Shown one piece after another: positions 1 through 9,828 of a stretch of DNA of 64,000 nt. Position 1 is the stretch's first letter. The number at the start of each line of letters is the position of its first letter. The DNA comes from Spirochaetales bacterium (GTDB taxonomy: Bacteria; Spirochaetota; Spirochaetia; Sphaerochaetales; Sphaerochaetaceae), in NCBI GenBank assembly GCA_017614375.1, contig JAGABZ010000013.1, forward strand, positions 12,414 to 76,413. The letters are read 5' to 3'. The position numbers were made by a program, and so were the translations under genes. The notes beneath the pieces are model-generated. The model worked only from the letters and a program-made list of their open reading frames with translations. It had not been told where the DNA came from and did not search any database.

Positions 1-274
1 TCCGATCCTGATTCTCGACGACTCTACGTCCGCCCTGGACATGGAAACTGAAAAGGAAATCCAGCGTGAACTGTCGGCGCTGCAGGAAACCCGCAGTTCA
101 ATCGTCGTCGCCCACCGCATTTCGGCGGTCCGCCGCGCCGATGAAATCATCTACCTGGAAAAGGGAAGAATCGTGGAGCGCGGAACCCACGAGAGCCTCA
201 TGGCACTCAAGGGACGCTACTACGACACCTTCGTAGCCCAGTACTCAAAGGAGGAAGCCGATGGCCGTCAATAG
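1..274 (+). CDS. ABC transporter ATP-binding/permease subunit, C-terminal end (gene starts upstream of window)
   Basis: Translation contains ABC signature-region/Walker B/H-loop context ('ILILDDSTSALD', 'SSIVVAHRISAV'); runs in frame from window edge; overlaps next ABC gene by 14 nt (typical heterodimer pair). Confidence 0.8.
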   Translation, partial: PILILDDSTSALDMETEKEIQRELSALQETRSSIVVAHRISAVRRADEIIYLEKGRIVERGTHESLMALKGRYYDTFVAQYSKEEADGRQ

Positions 275-2021
275 ATCAAACGCCGACGAGAAGCGGTCGA
301 CCGTCAGCAAGAAAACGACAATCCTCCGCGTACTGAAATACATAGCCGAATACAGGCTGCAGGTGACCTGCGTCATTCTTATGATGCTGGTGGCCTCGGT
401 CATCACGGTCGTCCTGCCCCTGCTTACAGAGAACGCCATCGATGTCCAGATTGCCGGAGGAAACAGGCAGGGCCTGATTACGGTCTCGATAATCGCCGCC
501 GCCCTGGCTCTCCTCTGGTCGGCGCTGATCATCATCCGCGTCCGGATCATGGCCAAGATCTCCAACGCAGTCGTGCTCAGGGTACGCTCGGAGGCGTTTG
601 CACATCTGCAGACCCTGGGCCTGCACTACTTCGACTCCAGGCCGACCGGAAAGATCCTCTCCAGGCTGATCGGAGACGTGACCTCGCTTAAGGACCTGCT
701 CAGGCAGATGGTGACCAACCTCATCCCGAACCTCTTCTTCCTGATTGTCGTCTCGGTGGTGATGGCGGTGAAGAACATCCTCTTCTTCGGAGCTACGGTC
801 GTCGTCATGCCGATCATGGTCGCCGGCACCTTCATCATCTTCAGAAAGGCCTTTGACTACTGGCAGGGCTTCAGGCAGAAGCAGTCCAACGTAAACGCCT
901 TTGCCCACGAGGTCACCTCCGGCATCCGCGTAGTGCAGAGCTTCAACGCCCAGGAAGAGGTCAAGAAGTCGTTCAGGACCATAACCGAAGAGGTCCAGCA
1001 GCAGTGGACCGGCGCCGTATCGCGCTCCGACTTCATCGGAATAGTCATCGACGTCAGCCAGGGTCTGGGATACTTCCTTCTGTACTTCCTGGCGGTCCGG
1101 ACCCATGCCACCGTCGGATCCCTGGTCGCATTCACCACCTTTATCGGCCTGTTCTGGCGCCCGCTGAGGCAGCTTGCCAGCATGGCCAACAACCTGGGCA
1201 ACCAGCTCTCCGGTGCCGAGCGCGTGTTTGAGATCATGGACACCAAGTCCACCCTGCTTGAAAGCGAGAATCCCGTCCCGCTCAAAGCCGTAAGCGGCAG
1301 AGTAGACTTCGAGGACGTCAGTTTCGCCTACCCGGACGAGCCGGAAACCTCGGTTCTGGAGCACGTCAGCTTCAGCGTCGAACCGGGAAAGACCATCGCC
1401 CTGGTCGGGCCCACCGGAGCCGGCAAGACGACGATCATCAACCTCCTGGCCAGATTCTACGACCCGGTCGGAGGCAGAATCCTCATTGACGGAACGGATA
1501 TCAAGGACGTGAAGATCGAGGACCTGAGGAGACACATCGGGGTCATGACCCAGGACAGCTTCCTCTTTTCCGGTACCATCCGCGACAACCTCGTATACGG
1601 AAAGCTTGACGCCACCCAGGAGGAAATCGAGCGTGCCTGCAAGGCCCTCGGAGCCCATGACTTCATCATGGCCACCGAAAAGGGTTACGACACCGAGATC
1701 AACGACCAGACCCTGTCACAGGGGCAGAGGCAGCTCCTCTCCCTGTCCAGAACCCTCCTGGCTGATCCGTCGATTCTCATCCTCGACGAGGCGACCAGTG
1801 CCATCGACACCTATACCGAGATGCTCGTCCAGAAGGGAATCCGCCTGCTGACCGAGGGCCGCACCAGCTTTGTGGTGGCCCACCGTCTGTCGACGATCAA
1901 GAACGCCGACCGGATTCTCGTCATCGACCGCAAGGGCATACAGGAACAGGGCAACCATCAGGAGTTGCTTGAAAAGGGCGGCCAGTACAGCGCCCTGTAC
2001 CGCGCCCAGTTCGAATGGTAG
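261..2021 (+). CDS. ABC transporter ATP-binding/permease protein (MsbA/heterodimeric exporter type)
   Basis: 586 aa; N-terminal six-TM permease domain, Walker A 'GPTGAGKTT', signature 'LSQGQRQL', Walker B 'ILILDEATSAID', H-loop 'VVAHRLSTI'. Confidence 0.9.
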   Translation: MAVNRSNADEKRSTVSKKTTILRVLKYIAEYRLQVTCVILMMLVASVITVVLPLLTENAIDVQIAGGNRQGLITVSIIAAALALLWSALIIIRVRIMAKISNAVVLRVRSEAFAHLQTLGLHYFDSRPTGKILSRLIGDVTSLKDLLRQMVTNLIPNLFFLIVVSVVMAVKNILFFGATVVVMPIMVAGTFIIFRKAFDYWQGFRQKQSNVNAFAHEVTSGIRVVQSFNAQEEVKKSFRTITEEVQQQWTGAVSRSDFIGIVIDVSQGLGYFLLYFLAVRTHATVGSLVAFTTFIGLFWRPLRQLASMANNLGNQLSGAERVFEIMDTKSTLLESENPVPLKAVSGRVDFEDVSFAYPDEPETSVLEHVSFSVEPGKTIALVGPTGAGKTTIINLLARFYDPVGGRILIDGTDIKDVKIEDLRRHIGVMTQDSFLFSGTIRDNLVYGKLDATQEEIERACKALGAHDFIMATEKGYDTEINDQTLSQGQRQLLSLSRTLLADPSILILDEATSAIDTYTEMLVQKGIRLLTEGRTSFVVAHRLSTIKNADRILVIDRKGIQEQGNHQELLEKGGQYSALYRAQFEW

Positions 2022-2026
2022 GATTA

Positions 2027-3286
2027 TCAGCCCTGTGCGGTGTTCTTGATCACATCGTACAGGGTTCTGTCTCCCAGACTTGAAAAACCGCCGCGTCTGA
2101 ATTCAGCGGTGAGGCACTCTCCCGGCAGGGCCTGCTTCACGGCGGCGGGATTGACTTCGCCCAGGACCGCGGAGGCGATGTCGGTCAGCAGAATCCCGTC
2201 AAGCGGACGCCCGGGAACATAGGCGGTCTTTGAGGCGGGAACCTCGATGAGCAGCCCGGCGGCAGTCAGCGACCTGAGATCCTCAATCAGGTTCAGGTGG
2301 GTTGAAATCATACCCCGTTCCATCTCATCCAGGGTGACGGCACCCCGGCCCTCCTCATAGCGTCCGGCTATGAAGACCATCAGGTCAAAGGCATCGGACA
2401 GGGTCTTGACCCCGGTGCGGGTTTCCCGCTCCGGCCTGGGTTCAGGTCTGAACTGCAGCACAAAGCAGAGCTCGAATCCGGTGAGGATTATCTGCCAGAA
2501 AATGTAGAGCCACAGAATCGAGATGAACAGCACGGCCAGCGAACCGTAGATGATTGAGTATTTGACCATCTGGCGGGAGATTCTGTAAAAGACCGTGTTG
2601 AGAATAGTCAGCGCAACGGTGACCGTAAACGCGCTGATTGCGGCGTATCCCGGTCTGACCTTGGTATTCGGGACCATCATTGTCAGCCAGAACAGGATCA
2701 GGAACATCACCGCCCGGCCGCCGAGGAATCTCAGCACGCGGTTGGTATGAACCGGAGCCTCCGCGGTGAGTTTGCTGTACCAGGAGCTCATCTTGGCAGT
2801 CATACCGAGCGCCAGACCCAGAATCACCGTCGAGACAATCAGCACCATGAAGAAGTTCAGGTAGCGCTTCAGGACGTTCTGCTCGATGTTGGTCCGAAAA
2901 AGCTTGTTTGCCACAGTCCAGAACTTGTTGATAAGAAGGATGAAGGTCACCATGAACGAGACGATTCCGAATACCCCGAGGGTACCGGCGTTCTTGGTCA
3001 TAGTGGAAATCGTCGTCGTCAGAAGTTGACCCTGATCGGCTCCGAACGTCTCGACCAGGAAAGTTCCCACCCCCTCCAGAAACGGGTCCAGGACACCGAA
3101 GGCACCGAAGAAAAACACAAAGAAGGTGACGCACGGCACCAGGGCGACTATGGTCGAATAGACCATGCCGCTGGCCAGGATTGACACACCGTCCTTGGTG
3201 AAACGGCCCAGAAGGGCAGAAAACAGATACTTTGGCGTCAGGCGCGCATGCCCGGCTTCCGGTTTGACTTTGGAATTTCTTTTCAT
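2027..3286 (-). CDS. YihY/BrkB (virulence factor BrkB / RNase BN-like) family membrane protein with C-terminal extension
   Basis: Multi-TM protein with typical YihY N-terminus ('LSALLGRFTKDGVSILASGMVYSTIVALVP'); start placed at internal Met 'MKRNSK' to avoid overlap with downstream hydrolase gene; ORF track allows 3322. Confidence 0.7.
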   Translation of the reverse strand: MKRNSKVKPEAGHARLTPKYLFSALLGRFTKDGVSILASGMVYSTIVALVPCVTFFVFFFGAFGVLDPFLEGVGTFLVETFGADQGQLLTTTISTMTKNAGTLGVFGIVSFMVTFILLINKFWTVANKLFRTNIEQNVLKRYLNFFMVLIVSTVILGLALGMTAKMSSWYSKLTAEAPVHTNRVLRFLGGRAVMFLILFWLTMMVPNTKVRPGYAAISAFTVTVALTILNTVFYRISRQMVKYSIIYGSLAVLFISILWLYIFWQIILTGFELCFVLQFRPEPRPERETRTGVKTLSDAFDLMVFIAGRYEEGRGAVTLDEMERGMISTHLNLIEDLRSLTAAGLLIEVPASKTAYVPGRPLDGILLTDIASAVLGEVNPAAVKQALPGECLTAEFRRGGFSSLGDRTLYDVIKNTAQG

Positions 3287-3296
3287 GGTTTGTTTA

Positions 3297-4232
3297 TCAG
3301 ACGTGGCCGCGGATCCAGTCAAGCAGATAATCGTATGTATTCTGCCTGTCCGTCTCGTTGAGCAGTTCGTGACGGGCTCCGGGTACGAGCTTCAGCGTCA
3401 GGTCGGTCAGACCGCATTCGGTGTACATCCTGAACACCTTCTGTACGCCCTTTCCGAAGTTTCCCACCGGGTCCTCCTGTCCGCTGATCAGCAGCACGGG
3501 CAGGTCCCTGGGGATCCTTGAGGCGTTCTGGCGGCTGTTTGCCAACCTGATTCCGTCGATGATATCGACAAAGAACTCACCGGTGCACAGAAAACCGCAC
3601 ATCGGGTCATCGACATACTTCTTGACCTGGGCGGTGTCGCGCGACAGCCACTCGAATCCGGTGACACCCGGCTGGAAGCGCTTGTTGTAGCTGGAGAAAC
3701 TCAGGGCGTTCATCTTCACCGAGGGCTTTCTCCTGCCGTTCTTCCGGACCTCGCACAGGGCGATCCGGCGACCGATGACCCCGAGCAGCCCCTGTCCGGC
3801 TCCGGTGCCCATGACTATGACGCCGTTGTACAGGTTCGGGTGCTGGACCATCAGAGTCCGGGCGAGGAAACTTCCCATGCTGTGTCCCATCAGAAACAGC
3901 GGCACACCGGGGTTCTCGGTGGCGATACTGCCCGACAGCTCATAGGCATCGTCGGCGACCCTCTGCCATCCGCCGTTGTCCGCGAAAAAGCCCTTTTCAC
4001 CGTTCTCCACCGATTCACCGTGACCGCGGTGATCCTGGGCATAGACGGCAATCCCCTGACTGTTGAGGAAAGTCGCGAAATCATCGTAGCGGGCGCTGTG
4101 CTCAGCCATCCCGTGCAGGATGTGCACAACGGCTGTAATCCCGGTTCCCTTCGGGGGGAGCCAGACATGATAGGCGATGTTTCGGGAGTCACTGCATTTG
4201 AATGTTCTTGTCTCCATGGCGGCCGTCCTCAT
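3297..4232 (-). CDS. alpha/beta hydrolase (lysophospholipase / monoacylglycerol lipase-like)
   Basis: 'HGMAEHSARY' N-terminal motif and nucleophile elbow 'GHSMGS'; 311 aa. Confidence 0.8.
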   Translation of the reverse strand: MRTAAMETRTFKCSDSRNIAYHVWLPPKGTGITAVVHILHGMAEHSARYDDFATFLNSQGIAVYAQDHRGHGESVENGEKGFFADNGGWQRVADDAYELSGSIATENPGVPLFLMGHSMGSFLARTLMVQHPNLYNGVIVMGTGAGQGLLGVIGRRIALCEVRKNGRRKPSVKMNALSFSSYNKRFQPGVTGFEWLSRDTAQVKKYVDDPMCGFLCTGEFFVDIIDGIRLANSRQNASRIPRDLPVLLISGQEDPVGNFGKGVQKVFRMYTECGLTDLTLKLVPGARHELLNETDRQNTYDYLLDWIRGHV

Positions 4233-4406
4233 CGTTTTTATATAAGTGCTATATCATACTAACATCGGAATTACAGTTGTACAAGAGACCAGAAACGGTT
4301 TTTTGCCCCTTTTTTCGACTTTTTTATCCTTTTATCCGCCTTTTCGTCCCCGTTTCAGTGCTTTTCTTGACAGGTGACGTTTTCACGGGGTAGATTTCTC
4401 ATTGTC

Positions 4407-6224
4407 ATGAAATCAAGGTTGTTCGCTTTCGCCGAGGCCGTGGACGCACGCCAGAAACCCCGTCTGTGCGCCTCACCCTCAGCCCCGCTCAGGGCAGAAG
4501 GGGCGGTCAACGCACTGGAAGTCAACCTTGCCTCCGGCTCCTGCGTCCGGGTCCGGATACCAGACGGTTTCATGGATGCTTACCTCGGCGGCCGGGCCCT
4601 GGCCTGCCGGCTGTTTGCCGAACACGCCTGCGGCGACAATCCCGCCGACAACCCGATAATCATCACCGCCGGACTCCTCAACAACACCCTCACCCCGTAC
4701 GGAGACAACTTCAGCATCGCCTTTCACAGCCCCGTTACCGGACGCTTTTGCGTATTCGGCTCCGACTGCGGCTTCGGGAGCAAGATGAAGGCCCTCGGCC
4801 TGGACGCCATAATAATCACGGGCAAGTCCCAGCAGACCGGCACAATAGAGATCGGAACCCAGACGGTTTTCACCGCCCACCCCGAACTCAAAGGCCTGTC
4901 CACCGCCGAAATCGAGAATGTCCTCAGGCACACACCTGAACAGGCAATCCTGACCACCGGGCCTGCCGCCGACAACGGGGCCCCGTTCGCCGCTCCTGTC
5001 TGTGAAAACACCGTTCTCGGCCGCGGAGGCCTGGGTCTGCTGATGGGCCAGAAGAACCTCAAGGCCATAATCCTCAACCCGGACCCGGAAAAGCTCGAGG
5101 CTCCTCTCAAAACCACCGTCAACTCTGCGCAGCGAAGCAGCACTCACGCCCGCACCCGTCTGAAGAAGATCCTCGAAGGCAGCCGCTATCTGGGCAGATA
5201 CGGGCTTAATATCCTGTACAAGGGCATGCGGGCCGGCTTCATTCCCGTATGCGGATTCTCCGAACGTACCGACCCTCGGGCGCAGTACCTGCTCTCCAAG
5301 CAGGACATCAGTCTGGCCATATATCACGGCGAATCCTATCAGGCTCCCCTTCTTTCAACCCAGGCAGAGGGCCTGCCCTACGCCGTTTCCTCCATGTTGG
5401 GGACAAACCTCGGCGTGTTCAACATCGACCGGGTCCGCGAATGGGGCCGCGAATGCGTCCTGCTGGGCCTGGATCCTGTTTCAGCGGGAAACGTCATCGG
5501 CTGGGCTGTACAGGAACGCAGAAAGGGCAATCTGGAAGAGTACCCGGAACTCGAAGACCTGTCGGCCCGCAATGTTTCCCGTTTTTTAAGCCGTCTGGCC
5601 AAGCCCTGGGGCCGCAAGCTCTATGGGCTGATGGCTTTGGGAGCGGCGGAGCTGAAAGCCTCCGGTCTGGCAGAGTCCTCGACGCTGCATGAGATTTCCG
5701 CACTGGAGTGCGGACCGTTCGATTACCGCGGACTGAGGGCGATGGCAATCGAGGACTACTACGGTTATCAGCTGACCTGTCCCTGCGAGCCGTTCATGCC
5801 GCTGTACAACGAGACCCCGCGCCGGCTGGCGAAGTTCATCGTCTGGAACAACAACATCAGCGAAGGCCTGGAGTCGGCTGGTTTCTCCCATCTGGTCTCC
5901 GGCCCCGTCCTCTGCGAGCGTGAGAACATCCACAGCTTCGCCTCCTTCCTCTGCCCCACGCTGTTTCTGCCCTGGTACACCTCCGGACTATTCAATGCCT
6001 GCATATGTGAAGTCACAGGCCTTAAGCTGAGAAGAAATGCAATCCGGGACATCGGACGGGCCTGCTACCTGCTGGAGACGGGAATCAACCGGATTCTCTC
6101 TCCGAACCCTCCGGTGTTCGACAACTACTTTTCAACCCAGGCCGCCGACTCCGGCTCCGCCGCCAAAGTCGTACCCTTCACCAAACTCCGCTCGTACTAC
6201 GAAAAAGAACGCCTCAGCAATTGA
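4407..6224 (+). CDS. aldehyde:ferredoxin oxidoreductase (AOR) family protein, divergent
   Basis: N-terminal domain aligns by eye with AOR ('AGLLNNTLTPYGDNFSIAFHSPVTGRF...GFGSKMKALGLDAIIITGKS', 'GRGGLGLLMGQKNLKAIIL'); start chosen at ATG 4407 downstream of TTGACA-17-TAGATT promoter-like element (4367-4396); ORF track start 4374. Confidence 0.6.
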   Translation: MKSRLFAFAEAVDARQKPRLCASPSAPLRAEGAVNALEVNLASGSCVRVRIPDGFMDAYLGGRALACRLFAEHACGDNPADNPIIITAGLLNNTLTPYGDNFSIAFHSPVTGRFCVFGSDCGFGSKMKALGLDAIIITGKSQQTGTIEIGTQTVFTAHPELKGLSTAEIENVLRHTPEQAILTTGPAADNGAPFAAPVCENTVLGRGGLGLLMGQKNLKAIILNPDPEKLEAPLKTTVNSAQRSSTHARTRLKKILEGSRYLGRYGLNILYKGMRAGFIPVCGFSERTDPRAQYLLSKQDISLAIYHGESYQAPLLSTQAEGLPYAVSSMLGTNLGVFNIDRVREWGRECVLLGLDPVSAGNVIGWAVQERRKGNLEEYPELEDLSARNVSRFLSRLAKPWGRKLYGLMALGAAELKASGLAESSTLHEISALECGPFDYRGLRAMAIEDYYGYQLTCPCEPFMPLYNETPRRLAKFIVWNNNISEGLESAGFSHLVSGPVLCERENIHSFASFLCPTLFLPWYTSGLFNACICEVTGLKLRRNAIRDIGRACYLLETGINRILSPNPPVFDNYFSTQAADSGSAAKVVPFTKLRSYYEKERLSN

Positions 6225-6291
6225 GCCTCTCTTTGTATTGCTTTTAGCAATCACCTGATATACAATTTTGTCAGATAGAGGGAGGTGCCAC

Positions 6292-6651
6292 ATGCCGAGA
6301 ACAGCAACCAGAACAGCCAGTGTTTTCACGAGAATCGACCCGGAAACAAAAGAGCAGGCCGAGATAATCCTTGATCAGCTGGGAATTCCGCTTTCCAACG
6401 CCATTTGTATGTTTCTTAGGCAGATTGTGCTTCAGAAAGGAATCCCATTCGATATGAGGCTGCCCCAGCGTGGCCCGGTGGAACTCAACGCGTTATCCAC
6501 CGAGCAATTCGATGCTGAATTGAACCAAGGCTTTGATGATATGTTGAACGCGAGGGTTCTTCCTGCCGATGAAGTCGAGGCGGAAGTCAAACCCCTGGAA
6601 TCATGTATGGCGGACGAGATGTTTCCAGACAACTGGAAGAGGTTCAGATAG
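6292..6651 (+). CDS. RelB/DinJ family type II antitoxin-like protein with C-terminal extension
   Basis: 'SVFTRIDPETKEQAEIILDQLGIPLSNAICMFLRQIVLQKGIPF' matches DinJ/RelB RHH fold signature; GGGAGG RBS 7 nt upstream of ATG 6292. Confidence 0.7.
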   Translation: MPRTATRTASVFTRIDPETKEQAEIILDQLGIPLSNAICMFLRQIVLQKGIPFDMRLPQRGPVELNALSTEQFDAELNQGFDDMLNARVLPADEVEAEVKPLESCMADEMFPDNWKRFR

Positions 6652-6722
6652 ACTGATTCGCTTGACGCAAGGCACAAAACGGACAATGCTCTGAAGTGTA
6701 TTACCGCCTTTGGGAGGTGCTT

Positions 6723-8075
6723 ATGTTCACAAAACCGGAACTGCCGGAGGATTTTCTCTTCGGAACGGCGACGGCCAGCTATCAGGTGGAGGGAGCCGGT
6801 TCGGAAGACGGACGGACCCCCTGCATCTGGGATGATTTCGCCAGGATTCCCGGAGCCGTCTATAAACAGCAGGACGGAAGCGTGGCAGCCGACCAGTACC
6901 ACCGTTTCAGGGAGGATGTCGGGCTGATGGCCGACCTGGGATTCAAGGCCTACCGCTTCTCGGTATCCTGGTCCAGAGTTCTTCCGCATGGCGGAACCCG
7001 GGTCAACCCCAAGGGCATAGCCTATTACCGCAACCTCTGCGAGGAACTCCACCGGCACGGAATGAAGGCCTGCTGCACGATTTACCACTGGGACCTTCCC
7101 AGCGAGATCAGCGCCGCCGGAGGCTGGGCAAACCGTGAGACAGCCTTCTGTTACGCCGCTTACGCAAAAGTCCTGTTCGAGCAGCTCGGCGACCTGGTGG
7201 ACATGTGGATCACAATCAACGAGGCACGCTGCCTGACTTTTCTGGGGTACTTCCTGGGAATCCACGCCCCGGGGGTTAAAGACCTCCGGAAATACATAAA
7301 CAGTATCCACCACATCAACCTGGCCCACGGACTGGCGCTGAAAGAATACCGAAGGACCGGGCTCAAGGCCCCTATCGGGATCACCCACAATCTGGAGGTC
7401 CCGCGTCCCGCGACGGCCGACCCGAAGGACAGGATTTCCGTATCGCGCCACATCGACCTGGCCAGCGGAGTATTCATGCAGCCCATGTTCAGGAAGTCGT
7501 ACCCGGACTACACCACCCGTACCCTGGGCTGGAAGTTCCCTGTGGAACCGGGCGATATGGACCTGATCTCCCTTCCCGTTGATTTCATCGGGGTGAACTA
7601 CTACAGCGAGGCGGCGCTCCGCTGGTCCGACACCGCTCCGGACAACATCGCCCCGGCCCCGCGGTGGGAGGAACACACCTCCGGCATCAACTGGCCAATC
7701 ACCCCGCACGGGCTTCTGCGTCTGCTCAGGTGGACCGCTGAATACACTGATTACAAGGTCCCCATCTTCATAACCGAGAACGGTGCCGCCTGCGACGACA
7801 GGCCTGTCACCGACCCGCAGACCGGCCAATTCCGTGTCCACGACCCTCAGCGCGTCCGCTACCTCTCCGAGCACCTGAACATATGCGCCGAGGCCCTGAA
7901 GGAGGGCATCCCGCTCAAGGGTTACTTCTGCTGGAGTTTCATCGACAACTACGAGTGGACCTACGGCTACAGCATGCGGTTCGGAATCGTCTATTGCGAC
8001 TATGAAACCCAGAGGCGCATCCCCAAGGACAGCGCGTACTTCCTCAGGGACGTGATGGCCGGCTACGGCGACTGA
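6723..8075 (+). CDS. GH1 beta-glucosidase
   Basis: Classic GH1 motifs: 'FLFGTATASYQVEG', acid/base 'TINEARC' (NEP-like), nucleophile 'ITENGAA'; RBS GGGAGGTG before ATG 6723. Confidence 0.9.
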   Translation: MFTKPELPEDFLFGTATASYQVEGAGSEDGRTPCIWDDFARIPGAVYKQQDGSVAADQYHRFREDVGLMADLGFKAYRFSVSWSRVLPHGGTRVNPKGIAYYRNLCEELHRHGMKACCTIYHWDLPSEISAAGGWANRETAFCYAAYAKVLFEQLGDLVDMWITINEARCLTFLGYFLGIHAPGVKDLRKYINSIHHINLAHGLALKEYRRTGLKAPIGITHNLEVPRPATADPKDRISVSRHIDLASGVFMQPMFRKSYPDYTTRTLGWKFPVEPGDMDLISLPVDFIGVNYYSEAALRWSDTAPDNIAPAPRWEEHTSGINWPITPHGLLRLLRWTAEYTDYKVPIFITENGAACDDRPVTDPQTGQFRVHDPQRVRYLSEHLNICAEALKEGIPLKGYFCWSFIDNYEWTYGYSMRFGIVYCDYETQRRIPKDSAYFLRDVMAGYGD

Positions 8076-8142
8076 CTGATCTTACCGCTCAGTGCCGCCG
8101 GAGCCCGGAAACAGCTGGCAAAAACCCTCCTGAGGCAGGACT

Positions 8143-8270
8143 GAGTGTCCGAAAAACGGCTTGTGGCAGATTGTTTCGGATACCCTAGTGTCCGAAAAAC
8201 GACTTGAGACAGGTACTTTCGGATACCTGAGTGTCCGAAAAACGGCTTGAGACTGATTGTTTCGGATACT
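8143..8270. repeat. Three tandem ~44 bp units each containing an imperfect inverted repeat GT(G/A)TCCGAAA...TTTCGGATAC
   Basis: Read directly: 'gagtgtccgaaaaacggcttgtggcagattgtttcggatac' x3 with few substitutions, in convergent intergenic gap. Confidence 0.8.
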
Positions 8271-8272
8271 GC

Positions 8273-8800
8273 TCAGAATGTCAGTTTTGCCGCCAGCGAG
8301 AGACCGGAAGACCCATCTCCGGCGACAGTCGGAGTCATGGCAAACTGAACAGAACTGACCCCTAAGGCTTGTGATAGTTGCCTGTTGTACTCGTTGGTAT
8401 AGCTGATTGGCCTGAATATTTCGTAAAGGCGAAAAGCCAGTAACCCGATGATCCCCATGAGAGCGGTATCCGGGTTCCCGTTGGCGGCTCCCAAGATATA
8501 CACACTGACAGAAGACAACTCTCCCGCCAGCCCGATTAGACCGCCTTCGTTATCCCCCTCTGCAAAAGAACCAATTCCGCACCCCAGGAAAAAGTTCAGT
8601 AACAGCGGAACAGCGAGACCTTTCTGTTGGTTGTTGTAGTACATGATTTTTTGGGTGGTATCCATTCCGGCTACCGCACTTTTAAAGCCGATTATTTCGT
8701 TTTGGTCTTTCGGGCTGAGTTTGACCGCGAATGCTGTACCAGGCACAAGCAACAGGACCAAAAGAGTGGCTGTCAGTATTTTCTTCATAATCCCTCCCAT
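8273..8800 (-). CDS. hypothetical secreted/membrane protein
   Basis: Signal peptide 'MKKILTATLLVLLLVPGTAFA' followed by Gly-rich hydrophobic segments; lower GC than flanks. Confidence 0.5.
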   Translation of the reverse strand: MGGIMKKILTATLLVLLLVPGTAFAVKLSPKDQNEIIGFKSAVAGMDTTQKIMYYNNQQKGLAVPLLLNFFLGCGIGSFAEGDNEGGLIGLAGELSSVSVYILGAANGNPDTALMGIIGLLAFRLYEIFRPISYTNEYNRQLSQALGVSSVQFAMTPTVAGDGSSGLSLAAKLTF

Positions 8801-8866
8801 TCTCAGATCCTTTCTTACAAAGGACTCTGAACAGTGTAGTTTCGCGCAACATCAAAAAGGTCGCCT

Positions 8867-9601
8867 GTGAGGCGAGTTTTGGAATATAATTACTGCATGA
8901 CCAAGGAAGAATTCGCGCAGACAATAGAGCGGTTTCTGAATGACCGGCCAGGCAGGATTATTACCAGAAGGGTTGGATTCGGCCCCTTCAAAAGGAAGAT
9001 CCAGAAACGATTCTTCCTGTCCGACCTGACCCTAATCGGTTATCAGAGTTTCATTGAGAAAAACTATCAGGGCTTCGAAAAGCCCGAAGGCGTCCGCGGA
9101 GGGATTCCGACAGGCGGGCCCACCATTCTTCATCAAGCTATTGCTTCCGAAGATGACGAAAGCGCCACTCTGTATTCTCTTTCGGATAGCAAGAATCTGC
9201 ACAGCAGTATTGAAATACCGGAGGAAATTCGGAAAATCTTGACCCAGAGAGTGACTGGCGAAACCTTTTCCGACATGTTGATAAGACTCCAAAATGAACG
9301 AAGTATCAAAGCGCCTGACCTGTACCGGAGTGCAAGGATTGACTACAGGCATTTCTCAAAAATCATTTCGGACAGGCAGTATCGCCCCCGGAAAGATACG
9401 GTATTTGCCCTGGGGTTGGCACTGAGACTCGACATCGACACCGCTGAGAAGTTCCTTGCCAGAGCCGGGTATTCTTTCAATCCGTCAAGTCTGGCCGACA
9501 TGACCATCCGGTTCTTTTTCGAGATACACAAATATGACAGGAACGCCATTGATACTTTGATGGAGGCCATGGGCTTACCATTACTCCCTCAGAACTGGTA
9601 G
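8867..9601 (+). CDS. hypothetical protein with XRE-like helix-turn-helix segment
   Basis: Central 'ETFSDMLIRLQNERSIKAPDLYRSARIDYRHFSKII' resembles XRE-family HTH; no other recognisable domain; true start may be Met at 8897. Confidence 0.4.
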   Translation: MRRVLEYNYCMTKEEFAQTIERFLNDRPGRIITRRVGFGPFKRKIQKRFFLSDLTLIGYQSFIEKNYQGFEKPEGVRGGIPTGGPTILHQAIASEDDESATLYSLSDSKNLHSSIEIPEEIRKILTQRVTGETFSDMLIRLQNERSIKAPDLYRSARIDYRHFSKIISDRQYRPRKDTVFALGLALRLDIDTAEKFLARAGYSFNPSSLADMTIRFFFEIHKYDRNAIDTLMEAMGLPLLPQNW

Positions 9602-9706
9602 CAGCTGCCTCTACGAAGGTTGACACCGGTCAATCCGCCGTTTATTATTCAGATGCAAAAGCGGCCACCCGAAGCGGTTGTCCTGCCTTTTGCCGTTGGT
9701 TTTCGA

Positions 9707-9752
9707 AACCGCCGGTACTGGTCAAGTTAGCGGCGGTTTTCTTTTTTCTTTC
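9707..9752 (+). terminator. rho-independent terminator-like hairpin
   Basis: 'aaccgccg'-16 nt loop-'cggcggtt' followed by ttcttttttctttcg. Confidence 0.5.
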
Positions 9753-9828
9753 GAATCCAAATCATCAGCACAAGCCGGACAATCTCATTAATATTTGTAT
9801 AGTAATCTCTGCCTGATATCGCTCCCTC

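Noticed and set aside
276-1658. 460 aa ORF antisense to the ABC transporter gene
   Set aside because: Lies entirely inside a well-supported ABC gene on the opposite strand. Its low-complexity Gly/Asp/Arg-rich translation is typical of high-GC antisense artefacts.
6432-7874. 480 aa ORF antisense to the GH1 beta-glucosidase
   Set aside because: Opposite-strand shadow ORF of a clearly conserved enzyme gene; no domain-like features.
8143-8270. Possibility that the triple repeat is a mini CRISPR array
   Set aside because: The units are contiguous, with no unique spacers of CRISPR length. Each is an imperfect palindrome differing by substitutions, and no cas genes are nearby.
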